Assembly (NCBI GenBank): GCA_964403775.1
Contig: CAYOHL010000002.1
Coordinates: 1 to 35,131, forward strand
DNA length: 35,131 nt
Direction of reading: 5' to 3'
Origin: an uncultured Methanosarcinales archaeon
Lineage (GTDB): Archaea > Nanobdellota > Nanobdellia > Woesearchaeales > CG1-02-33-12
The notes beneath the pieces were generated by a model. The model saw only the letters and a program-made list of their open reading frames with translations, was not told the origin of the DNA and made no database searches. Both the position numbers and the translations under genes were made by a program. Positions 1 to 8,362 of the stretch are shown here, piece after piece (the first letter of the stretch is position 1; every line of letters begins with the position of its first letter).

Positions 1-86
1 TTTTTATTTTATAGTCTATAATATCGGCTTAAATAATAAACCTTATAAACATGTTCATTAATTTAACTAATTAAAGAGGTGATATC

Positions 87-266
87 ATGGCAAGAGTAGG
101 AGGAAGGCATCATGATGGTTTTCCAACGTTTGCAGTTATTTTGCTTGTATTTGGAATAATATGGCTTTTAAATGATTTAAACTTAATATCCATAAGTGTC
201 CCATGGATACCCCTTGTGTTAATAATTGTGGCCGTTGGTATGATTTACAACAGGCTTATAAAATAA
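87..266 (+). CDS. small hypothetical membrane protein (59 aa, below the ORF-track cutoff)
   Basis: ATG at 87 is preceded by GAGGTGA (76-82). It translates to MARVGGRHHDGFPTFAVILLVFGIIWLLNDLNLISISVPWIPLVLIIVAVGMIYNRLIK, with two hydrophobic helices and TAA at 264-266. Confidence 0.4.
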   Translation: MARVGGRHHDGFPTFAVILLVFGIIWLLNDLNLISISVPWIPLVLIIVAVGMIYNRLIK

Positions 267-330
267 CCTAATATTGAAAAATGTAATGGGAAGCGACCAT
301 TGCCCCATAGTTCTTGAAATAATGGATTGA

Positions 331-829
331 TCAGTTTATGAGAAAAATTGTTAGGTTTAATATTGCAGCAAAAGTGACCCAAAGAAGATAAGGTATCTGC
401 AAGTAAGCTGCTATTCTGCTTACTTTTCTGAAGCTTACCACCATGGCCATTATAAAGCCCCACAATATAACTATTTCTGCAAATGCAAGCAAATAGTTAC
501 TTAATCCGAAGAATATTATAGACCATAAAAAATTTAAAAATAATTGTATTGAAAAAAGTATAAGAGAGGCTTTTACATCCGGATTCTGCATTCCTTCTTT
601 ATAAACAAGATACATCGATATTCCCATCAGTATGTAAAGCATTGTCCAGACCCGGGCCGAAAACCCATGAAGGCGGCGAGAATGATGGCTGATTAAGCTT
701 AGCATAAGTCTCCTTAAAAGGCACAGAAGATAAAGAAGTGCTTACAATCTGGCTGAAAAATCCAATAAGAACAGGAATCATAATGAGAATTGCTAAAATA
801 AGAATTCCTTTTGTATTTTTGCTTTTCAT
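331..829 (-). pseudogene. tspO: TspO/MBR (tryptophan-rich sensory protein) gene split by a 1-nt frameshift
   Basis: The N-terminal frame (ORF 599..850) reads ...YAKLNQPSFSPPSWVFGP. The C-terminal frame (ORF 331..705) continues VWTMLYILMGISMYLVY...YLQIPYLLWVTFAAILN. The frames join if one G/C is removed from CCCGGG at 651-656. The likely ATG at 829 lies 21 nt downstream of a minus-strand TATA-like box. Confidence 0.75.
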
Positions 830-850
830 GACTATATAATCCATTTTCAA

Positions 851-904
851 CTATTTAATCTTTTTGTTTAGGCCTAAGCCGAAACAAACAAAAGCCTTTA
901 AATA
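851..904. promoter_or_regulatory. divergent promoter region with two inverted TATA-like boxes
   Basis: CTATTTAA (851-858, minus-strand TTAAATAG) lies 21 nt from the tspO ATG at 829. TTTAAATA (897-904) lies 22 nt from the ATG at 927. This spacing fits leaderless archaeal transcripts. Confidence 0.5.
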
Positions 905-926
905 GTAAGGTATATTATGGGTTTTT

Positions 927-1544
927 ATGGAAGAAAAAATATTAATTGACAGGGAAACACTAAAAGCTATAGCAGTTGATACAAGAATCAACATACTCAA
1001 GATTCTTTCCAAGAAAAGCTACACCTTAAGCGATATTTCTGATATGCTCGGCCTTGGAGCATCAACAGTCAAGGAGCATTTAGACACGCTTTTGGAAGCA
1101 AAGCTTGTAAAAAAAGAGGAAACTGACAGAAAATGGAAGTATTACTCTTTAACATTCAAAGGAAGGCGCTTTATAGAGCCAAAAGAAGTCAAGGTTTTGT
1201 TTGCATTCATAACAACTTTAATAGCTGCAATAGGAACAGCACTTGTTTTTGCAAAGAGGTTCATTTTGAATGGAAGTCAAAAATTAATGGTTGCAAGTCC
1301 TGAAACAGCAAGGATTAATGCAATAATGGATACTGCAGGGGAAGAAATGTTAGCAAAAGGAGCAGAAGAGCTTCCTGCAGCTGCTCAGGAACTAGTTTCT
1401 GAAGGAGTGCATATATCATTGTCTGACCCTTCAATTATCATGTTCATAGCGCTTTTAGTGCTTATAGCTTTAAGCGCTTTTCTTTTGGGGAGTCTGCTTA
1501 AGAAGCCCCAGATTATAATAACCAAGAAAGGTGATAAAAAATGA
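927..1544 (+). CDS. ArsR-family winged-helix regulator fused to C-terminal transmembrane segments
   Basis: The N-terminus LKAIAVDTRINILKILSKKSYTLSDISDMLGLGASTVKEHLDTLLEAKLVKKEE..KYYSLT is ArsR/SmtB-like. Hydrophobic helices are VLFAFITTLIAAIGTALVFA and IIMFIALLVLIALSAFLLGSLL. Confidence 0.8.
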   Translation: MEEKILIDRETLKAIAVDTRINILKILSKKSYTLSDISDMLGLGASTVKEHLDTLLEAKLVKKEETDRKWKYYSLTFKGRRFIEPKEVKVLFAFITTLIAAIGTALVFAKRFILNGSQKLMVASPETARINAIMDTAGEEMLAKGAEELPAAAQELVSEGVHISLSDPSIIMFIALLVLIALSAFLLGSLLKKPQIIITKKGDKK

Positions 1545-2704
1545 GAAAAGAAATAATCTTAATACCAATAATAGCACTGCTTTTCATAGCAGGATGCACA
1601 ACAGAAAAGCCAATTGGCGGCGAAACAGATGAGCATGGCTGCCTTATTGCAGCAGGCTACAGCTGGTGCGAATCAAAGCAAAAATGCCTGAGAACATGGG
1701 AAGAGGGATGCCCATCTGAAAACGAGTTTGCTTGTGAAACTGATGATGACTGCATTCCACTGCCTTCTGACTGCCACCCAATGCTCTGCATAAATAAGGC
1801 ATATGAGTCAAATTATGAAAAACCAGAATTCTGCACTGAAATCTTTATGTACGAGGCAGCATACAACCCAGAGGACTGCTTATGTGTTGATAATGTATGT
1901 GTTAATAAAAACCTAGGCAGGAGTGCTGAGGATGAGGGCATTTCTCTTGAAGAGGCAATAACAATAGCAGAAGATAGTGAGTGCACTGAAAAAGGATTTT
2001 TAACAGAAGATTCATTTTATAATGAGAATACAAAAACATGGTGGATTGACCTTGAGATGAAAGAAGAACTCAAGCTTGATTACTGCAACCCTGCATGCGT
2101 TGTAAACATGGAAACAATGACAGCAGAGGTAATATGGAGATGTACAGGACCAGAAACAAATGATTTAAAGCAAAAATATGTTGATGCAACTATCTATGGG
2201 ATTGAGCTAGAGATAGAGAGGTTTCCAGATAAGATAGAATTAAAAGACGATTTAGAAAAATATAAAAATATAAATTTGCAGGATTACGAACTTCATGAAA
2301 AAAAACTAATCATTTATGAAACATCTTCCTTATTTCCTATTAAATTTAATAGTGTTCTAACCGAATCGAGATCTGGACCCTTTTATTATGTTGTAGGTAT
2401 AAAAGGAGATAATTATAGTGTTATTGAAACAGAAACAAAATATAATATAAGTTTTTATTTAGTTTATCCAAGAGATGATGGATATAATTCTTATTATGTT
2501 TATTTGGATGAATGGACATTAATAAATGATGAAAAGCAAGATTGTATGGATGCAGGAGGAGAATGGAAAACATTTCCGAATACCTGTGTTGACTCTTGTG
2601 AATACAGAAGAAATGAAGATTTGATGTGCGGTATGGCACTTACTGATGGCTGCGACTGCGGCGAAGGAATGTGCTGGAACGGCGAATCATGCGAGCCAAT
2701 ATAA
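1541..2704 (+). CDS. Cys-rich secreted lipoprotein, unknown function
   Basis: ATGA overlap with the upstream gene. Signal peptide with lipobox IAGC. Cys-rich modules at both ends (GCLIAAGYSWCESKQKC...; ...CMDAGGEWKTFPNTCVDSCEY..CDCGEGMCWNGESCEP). Confidence 0.75.
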   Translation: MRKEIILIPIIALLFIAGCTTEKPIGGETDEHGCLIAAGYSWCESKQKCLRTWEEGCPSENEFACETDDDCIPLPSDCHPMLCINKAYESNYEKPEFCTEIFMYEAAYNPEDCLCVDNVCVNKNLGRSAEDEGISLEEAITIAEDSECTEKGFLTEDSFYNENTKTWWIDLEMKEELKLDYCNPACVVNMETMTAEVIWRCTGPETNDLKQKYVDATIYGIELEIERFPDKIELKDDLEKYKNINLQDYELHEKKLIIYETSSLFPIKFNSVLTESRSGPFYYVVGIKGDNYSVIETETKYNISFYLVYPRDDGYNSYYVYLDEWTLINDEKQDCMDAGGEWKTFPNTCVDSCEYRRNEDLMCGMALTDGCDCGEGMCWNGESCEPI

Positions 2705-2767
2705 AAAAGACACTGTATAAAGAAGGGCAGCAGCTGGAGATGCAGAGGTGTTAAGATATAAATAAGA

Positions 2768-3193
2768 TTAACAACTTAAAGAAGAATCAACTGCTCTGAT
2801 AACATCATCAATTTTGTATGGCTTATCAATTTGTTCAAATTTTGCATTTTTAACTGATTCTCTTATTTCTTCTGCAATTTCCTCATCAGCCAATACAATT
2901 ACTGGTGCCTGAGCAAGCTTTAGCCAATCAATAACATCATCTTTGAAGGACTCTATTCTTTTCTTGAGGTTAGCTTGATCATAAAATAATCCAGTATCAT
3001 AAAGAACTAAACCATATTTAGCAGGATTTAGTGGATTTTTTGCAGCAGTCAGGCCTCCCATCATTTCATCTCCCCTGACAATATAATCAACTTCATGCCC
3101 CTCCTGCCTAAGCCTTGCAACTAAATCATCATGTATAGGGCTGGGCTTTTCCCTTTCTTTTTCCTGCGGCCCGCCAAACAATATATTTGCCAT
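2768..3193 (-). CDS. hypothetical protein
   Basis: Long ORF with no family recognised. The ATG at 3193 is preferred over the GTG at 3202 because a minus-strand TATA-like ATATATAAAA lies about 30 nt upstream. Confidence 0.55.
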   Translation of the reverse strand: MANILFGGPQEKEREKPSPIHDDLVARLRQEGHEVDYIVRGDEMMGGLTAAKNPLNPAKYGLVLYDTGLFYDQANLKKRIESFKDDVIDWLKLAQAPVIVLADEEIAEEIRESVKNAKFEQIDKPYKIDDVIRAVDSSLSC

Positions 3194-3310
3194 ACTATAC
3201 ACATTATTACTATGAATTTTATATATGTTTTGTTTTACTTTATGTTTATCTTTTTATTCATATATTTTTAGATAGTTATTCCAAAACAATTATTACATCG
3301 CCCATAAATA

Positions 3311-3318
3311 TTTATAAA
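3311..3318 (+). promoter_or_regulatory. TATA-like box upstream of thyX
   Basis: TTTATAAA lies about 30 nt upstream of the ATG at 3349. Confidence 0.45.
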
Positions 3319-3348
3319 GTTAAGGTCTGATTATTTTTGCGGTGGCTC

Positions 3349-4908
3349 ATGGAAAGTCCATTGGAAGTTAAATTATCTGGCTTTAATGTTGATGTTGACG
3401 GTCTAAGAGAAATAAAAAAGCTTCTTGAACAAGAAAGCCTGTCAGAAGAGGGCAGGAAAACAGCATTAGGCCTTCTTAATAACCTAACGCCTGAAACAAT
3501 ATCAGCATCAGCAGCAAGAATCTCAAGAGACCCAAGGCCAATAAATGAGCTAAGAAAAGAAGCAAGGGCTGATGTAGAAAAGGCAAGAAAATCAAACAAG
3601 GCAATAATATTCACAATGGGCCACAAGTCAGTTGCAGAGCATGCATTCTTTAATTTTGATATCAGGGGCGTTTCAAGAAGGGCTGTTGAAGAGCTTGAAA
3701 GGCCGAGGCTGCAGTCATATACAGAAAAATCACAGCGCTATATAACACTGGAATGGGATTTTGTGATTCCAAGGGAAATCCAAAAATCTTTTCTTGAATC
3801 AAGATTCATAGAGCTGATTGAGCTGCAGAATAAGTTTTATGATAATAATCTTCAAAAAATTACAGACTGGCATCATACGCAGGATTATTCTGATTTGTTT
3901 GAATCCTTGGGCTGTACTGGTAACCAGGAAAAAAGATTAAACACAATAGAAGGTCTTGGAAAAGAGGATGCAAGATACTCTTTATCACAGGCAACACAAG
4001 CTCAATTAGAATTATCAGCATCTGCAAGAAATATTGAGGTCTTGATTACAAGGTTAAGAAGCTCTGATGTTGAGGAATTCAAAGAATTGGGTGAAAAAAT
4101 ATTCAAGGAAGTAGATGGAATTGCACCTTCTGTAATAAAATACACAGAGCCGGTTGATTATTTTGCAAAGACAAGGCCAGAGCTAAAAAAGCATGTTGCA
4201 GGCTTAATCAAAAAATATAAATCTGAGGTAAGGCAGTACGCTGATGATGATGCTGATGCTGTCAGGTTATTCACCAAGCTTGATAGAGACTGCTCTATTC
4301 CTGCGGGACTGATATTCTCTTCAAGCAATCTTCCATATTACACCTGCTTTAGTTTAGTAAATCATATAAACCCCAAAGAAAAGGAACAGCTGTTAAACCA
4401 GACAATAAAATACCAGGAAAAGCATGACCCCATGCTAAGGGAATATGAGCTTGGGGAAAGGATTGCCCAATTCATTATTAGTGCAAGTTGTTTTGCACAG
4501 CTAAAAAGGCACAGGATGAATACACTCATTTCCCAGGATTACTTAACAGAACTGGGACATACATCGCCTGACTCAATAATCATGACAGGGCTGGAGGATG
4601 AGCTTGCTGAAATAATAAAAAAATCAAATGAGCTGCATGATAAGCTATTGGAGCAGGGCTTTCCAAAAGCAGTTGCAGAATATGCACTGACAAATGCAAA
4701 CAAGAGAAGAGTTCTTTTTGATGCAAACAACAGGCAAGTGCATGCAATCTGCATGGAAAGGGAAAATCCAGCAGCCCAGTGGGAGATAAGGGGGGTTATT
4801 AACACTTATAGCAGGCTGATACAAAGGGAGTCTCCGCTTACAGCAAGGGGCCTGTGCGGCAAGCATAAATTTTATGAACTCAAAAAAAGGTTATTGGATG
4901 AAAGGTAA
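3349..4908 (+). CDS. thyX: FAD-dependent thymidylate synthase ThyX, tandem two-domain (long) form
   Basis: Domain 1 has GHKSVAEHAFFNFDI..RPRLQSYTEKSQRY (ThyX signature) and ARYSLSQATQAQLELSASARN. Domain 2 has FAQLKRHRMNT.. and AEYALTNANKRRVLFDANNRQVHAICMER..AAQWEIR. Confidence 0.9.
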   Translation: MESPLEVKLSGFNVDVDGLREIKKLLEQESLSEEGRKTALGLLNNLTPETISASAARISRDPRPINELRKEARADVEKARKSNKAIIFTMGHKSVAEHAFFNFDIRGVSRRAVEELERPRLQSYTEKSQRYITLEWDFVIPREIQKSFLESRFIELIELQNKFYDNNLQKITDWHHTQDYSDLFESLGCTGNQEKRLNTIEGLGKEDARYSLSQATQAQLELSASARNIEVLITRLRSSDVEEFKELGEKIFKEVDGIAPSVIKYTEPVDYFAKTRPELKKHVAGLIKKYKSEVRQYADDDADAVRLFTKLDRDCSIPAGLIFSSSNLPYYTCFSLVNHINPKEKEQLLNQTIKYQEKHDPMLREYELGERIAQFIISASCFAQLKRHRMNTLISQDYLTELGHTSPDSIIMTGLEDELAEIIKKSNELHDKLLEQGFPKAVAEYALTNANKRRVLFDANNRQVHAICMERENPAAQWEIRGVINTYSRLIQRESPLTARGLCGKHKFYELKKRLLDER

Positions 4909-5524
4909 ACTGATTGTACTGGAAGGCGGGGAAGGATCTGGAAAATCAACCCATAAAAAGCTTCTTAAACACTATCTTAAAAACAAAGGTTATAATGTGG
5001 TTGTTACAAGAGAGCCTGGAGGAACAGGGTTATCAGAAAAACTAAGGAAAATACTGCTTTATGGAAATAATATTAATATTTGTGGTATATCAGAATTATT
5101 AATGTTTGAGGCATCAAGAGCCCAGCATACATATGAAATTTTAAAGCCAAACCTTAAACAGGGAAATCTGGTATTAACAGATAGGTTCTATCATTCCTCA
5201 ATTGCTTATCAGGGCTATGGCAGGAACCTTGATGTTAATGCAATAAAAATAATAAATTCATATGCTGTTCAGGGAATAAAACCAGACATCACCATCATAC
5301 TGGATATTCCTGTTGAAATAGGAATTAAGAGGGCAGCTGAAGCTACAGGAAAAAAACTAGATAGATTTGAAAAAGAAAAAATGGAATTTTTGGAGAGGGT
5401 AAGGCAGGGATACATAGACCTTCCTAAACTGCTTCCAGACGAGAACATAAAAGTCATAGATGCAACTCCTTCAAAAGAAAAAATATTTGAATATATTAAA
5501 TATGAAGTAGATAAAGTTCTTTAA
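4898..5524 (+). CDS. tmk: thymidylate kinase
   Basis: MKGKLIVLEGGEGSGKST (P-loop), TREPGGT, DRFYHSSIAYQG. Overlaps the thyX 3' end. Confidence 0.92.
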   Translation: MKGKLIVLEGGEGSGKSTHKKLLKHYLKNKGYNVVVTREPGGTGLSEKLRKILLYGNNINICGISELLMFEASRAQHTYEILKPNLKQGNLVLTDRFYHSSIAYQGYGRNLDVNAIKIINSYAVQGIKPDITIILDIPVEIGIKRAAEATGKKLDRFEKEKMEFLERVRQGYIDLPKLLPDENIKVIDATPSKEKIFEYIKYEVDKVL

Positions 5525-5645
5525 GCTGCAAAGAGCGCAGCATTGAATTCAGAATTCTGGCATTATCATTATTAACTTCAAAGTAATAAATTAATCAAAA
5601 GATTTATAAAGATTAGAATATCTTTATTTAATAAGGTAAACTAAA

Positions 5646-6014
5646 ATGTCAGATAATAAATCAATTGTTGATAGAGTCAAAGGTTATATTGCAGGCTCAA
5701 GAGATATTGAAGCAAGAGGAATGGCTGAATTATCACCAATGGCTATTGCAGTAATTGATAACTATGATGAGACAGATATATATTTTGATGCTAAAAGTTA
5801 TAAACTAAGAATGGAACAAGTCTGGAAAGATAGTAAAGGAAAAAACTGTTTATTTCCTCCAGCACTTGAAGGAACTGGTTTAGGGGTATTACAAGGAATT
5901 GGTAAATTTCCACAAGTTAAGGGTTATGACAAAGCTCTTGAATTTGCTAAACAACAGTTAGAACCAATTTTGGAAGAATCTCAATTTTATAAAAAACCAA
6001 TTGAACTAGAGTAA
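5646..6014 (+). CDS. hypothetical protein
   Basis: 122-aa ORF with a TATA-like TTTATAAA about 35 nt upstream. No family recognised. Confidence 0.5.
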   Translation: MSDNKSIVDRVKGYIAGSRDIEARGMAELSPMAIAVIDNYDETDIYFDAKSYKLRMEQVWKDSKGKNCLFPPALEGTGLGVLQGIGKFPQVKGYDKALEFAKQQLEPILEESQFYKKPIELE

Positions 6015-6080
6015 GAATTTGCCATAAATCATCTTATTTTTATAAAAAAATATAAAAAGACAGCCTAATTTTTGTTTCAT

Positions 6081-6428
6081 ATGACAACCCTAATAATAAC
6101 AAAATCTGCTCAAAATACAACAATTGATAAATTAGTTAGTTCAAAGTATGAAGATGTGGCTGATGATAAGCATATTTGGATTCATTTAAGCGGACAAATT
6201 GATTGGGCAGATAAAGGCTATGGTTTTATTTATAGGAACTTTAGGGGAGCTAAAAAAACACTTGGAGAAGCTCTTGACCATCTATATAGGGTAATGAATT
6301 TTTTAGGTGGTAAATGGAAATTAGAAAAATGTGAACCAAACCATATTTCTTATACCAGAGAAAATGGAAGAGAATATATTTTTCGATATAATCTGGATGA
6401 ACCAAGTATTTTTGATATAAACCATTGA
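6081..6428 (+). CDS. hypothetical protein
   Basis: ORF with its first ATG at 6081 (the track start at 6072 is TTG). No family recognised. Confidence 0.5.
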   Translation: MTTLIITKSAQNTTIDKLVSSKYEDVADDKHIWIHLSGQIDWADKGYGFIYRNFRGAKKTLGEALDHLYRVMNFLGGKWKLEKCEPNHISYTRENGREYIFRYNLDEPSIFDINH

Positions 6429-6500
6429 GTGGCAAGTTCTAATTGCATTTAACATCGCGATTACTACCTATTAATAAAACTTCACTAACAGAATAAGAAA

Positions 6501-6629
6501 TCATTTCTTTGTTGTTTTGGCCTTTGCCTTTCCTTTGACCTTTTCTGTTGTCTTCTTGGCCTTTACTGTTTTCTTAACAGCTGTTTTCTTTGGCTCGGCC
6601 TCTGCTTTCTTAGCTTCTTCTTTTTCTGC
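6501..6629 (-). pseudogene. start-less remnant of a Lys-rich C-terminal tail (42 codons plus TGA)
   Basis: The minus strand reads AEKEEAKKAEAEPKKTAVKKTVKAKKTTEKVKGKAKAKTTKK*. The codon immediately upstream is TAA and the frame contains no ATG, GTG or TTG. The DNA resembles the rpl14e 3' tail at about 8475-8535. Confidence 0.5.
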
Positions 6630-6662
6630 TTAACGGAAAAGTTAGGTTGAAATGAAATGAAG

Positions 6663-6687
6663 TCGCATAAAATACGATTTTATGCGA
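6663..6687. repeat. perfect 11-bp-arm palindrome TCGCATAAAAT-ACG-ATTTTATGCGA
   Basis: Read directly from the sequence. It lies in non-coding DNA between the tail remnant and the DUF2330-like gene. Confidence 0.8.
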
Positions 6688-6805
6688 AAGAAATAAAGCT
6701 ACTTTGATTTAACTTTATTATGTAACCTAAAGGGATAATAAAAGAAAACTTAACTATGACTTGATAACAGAAAGTATTAAATATATCTTATTAAAAAGAT
6801 GTAGT

Positions 6806-8362
6806 ATGAATAAACATTTGTCTAAACTGTTAATACTTTTTTTGATAATATCCATACTTCCTATTCCTATACTTGCCGATGGGGGATTTGTATCTGATGG
6901 GAAAAGTGATTTTTTTGCTTCTAGTCAAAATTTTGTTATAATGTGGGATCAAAATAAAGAAATCTTAGTTTTATCAACAAAAGTTGAATCTGAAAATTTA
7001 AGCAATTTTGGATGGATAATCCCTGTTAAGACAAATACTAAACCAGAAGTTGAATTAGGCAATGTCACCATATTTTATGATTTAAACAAATATTTTCAAT
7101 CGCCTCGAAAATCATCCATATTTTCAATAGGATTGTTTACTACACAAGGTATGGAATATATGGAAGGATTTGAAATCTTGGAGAGTAAGGAGTTGGGCAT
7201 ATATGATATAACTATACTTAAGGCAACTGATTCTAATAAACTATATGATTGGTTAAAAATCAATAATTTTGGTATCAAAGAGAACGCAAAACAAATTTTG
7301 GATATATACACCAATGAAAACTTCTTTTTTATCACTGTGAAAATTGACCTTCTCAATAAGTATAAAAATGAAATAAATTTTATTGATAATCAGAATTTTA
7401 TTGGAAATAGCACAGAGGATAAAATTACTAATGCACTTAGCAGTTTAAGGTATGTAAAAGGTAGAGGCTTCCTTAGTGATGCTGTTACAAAAGACATTCT
7501 TTTGAATAAACCCTACGAAGAGTCAAATATATCAAAAAATGACTTAAATTTAAGATTTAACCTACTTTCACAAACAGAATATGATGAACTACGAGAAAAA
7601 TATTACTTTGATACAAGGGTAAAAAGAACTTTTTTTGATAATGAAATTTTTTTTGATATTTGGTTTAAAAAGAATTGGAATAAGATTACGTGTTTCAATA
7701 GACCAAAGTATACTCCAATTGATAAAAAAAGAGTGAATGACAAAGACTATAAAATTATTGTATTTGAAGATAATTTGGGCACTTGTTGTTCATCATACCA
7801 TGTCCCATCATGCGATAATAATAAAATTTTAAGTCTCGATGAAATCCAAGAAATGAAAGATTTCTTTAAAGAATTTGGACCAAAAGTTTCTCAATACTCC
7901 ATAGAACTTGAAAAGCATTTACATAATAAATTTTTTGATAATGAAAATATTCAAAAGATTAGGACATTAGAAGATGTAATTTGGGGTTTAACTACAGGGG
8001 TTTCAAGTCCTTTGAAAATAGAGTTTGAGACTAATGAACCATACTACCCAATGAAGATATCAAGTATAAATGAAGGGAATGTAAGTGTTATTGGGTATGT
8101 TCTCTCAGAAGAGCCAATGAAAGATTCTACTAAATTATTGTCTACAGTCAAATCAAAAAGATTAGACACAAAAATCAAAAAAGAATTATCTGTTTTTATT
8201 GATGTTGAAAATCTTGGTTATGCAACTAAATTCAGTTTTGATGGAGCTTCATCTGAATTTGTTAGTGATATAATATTTCAAAAAATGAATGACAATGAAA
8301 AAGGCGAGTTTCTAGAAACAGAATCAATTTTCACAAGATTATTCCGTTGGTTATTTAGATAA
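6806..8362 (+). CDS. DUF2330-like secreted protein with a large AT-rich internal insertion
   Basis: Signal peptide MNKHLSKLLILFLIISILPIPILA. DUF2330-like blocks are GGF..QNFVIMWDQNKEILVLS..FGWIIPV..KPEV, GIYDITILKATDSNKLYDWLKINNFGI..FFFITVKID, and C-terminal PLKIEFETNEPYYPMKIS. Confidence 0.6.
   Translation: MNKHLSKLLILFLIISILPIPILADGGFVSDGKSDFFASSQNFVIMWDQNKEILVLSTKVESENLSNFGWIIPVKTNTKPEVELGNVTIFYDLNKYFQSPRKSSIFSIGLFTTQGMEYMEGFEILESKELGIYDITILKATDSNKLYDWLKINNFGIKENAKQILDIYTNENFFFITVKIDLLNKYKNEINFIDNQNFIGNSTEDKITNALSSLRYVKGRGFLSDAVTKDILLNKPYEESNISKNDLNLRFNLLSQTEYDELREKYYFDTRVKRTFFDNEIFFDIWFKKNWNKITCFNRPKYTPIDKKRVNDKDYKIIVFEDNLGTCCSSYHVPSCDNNKILSLDEIQEMKDFFKEFGPKVSQYSIELEKHLHNKFFDNENIQKIRTLEDVIWGLTTGVSSPLKIEFETNEPYYPMKISSINEGNVSVIGYVLSEEPMKDSTKLLSTVKSKRLDTKIKKELSVFIDVENLGYATKFSFDGASSEFVSDIIFQKMNDNEKGEFLETESIFTRLFRWLFR

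Noticed and set aside
245-463. 72-aa minus-strand ORF overlapping the tspO 3' region
   Set aside because: It is an alternative frame of the TspO C-terminal coding region and has no independent support.
651-656. Programmed frameshift in tspO
   Set aside because: I could find no slippery heptamer or downstream structure. A single extra base in a CCCGGG run is more simply a mutation or an assembly error.
3312-3626. 104-aa minus-strand ORF
   Set aside because: It is antisense to the 5' end of thyX and spans the thyX promoter. The ThyX frame is strongly supported.
4539-4866. Minus-strand ORFs 4539..4805 and 4645..4866
   Set aside because: They are antisense to the second ThyX domain and have no independent features.
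5525-5560. Hairpin GCTGC-N7-GCAGC followed by palindrome CAGAATTCTG just after tmk
   Set aside because: These are short stems in a 3' region. They are plausibly a trivial transcript-end structure, and nothing distinguishes them further.
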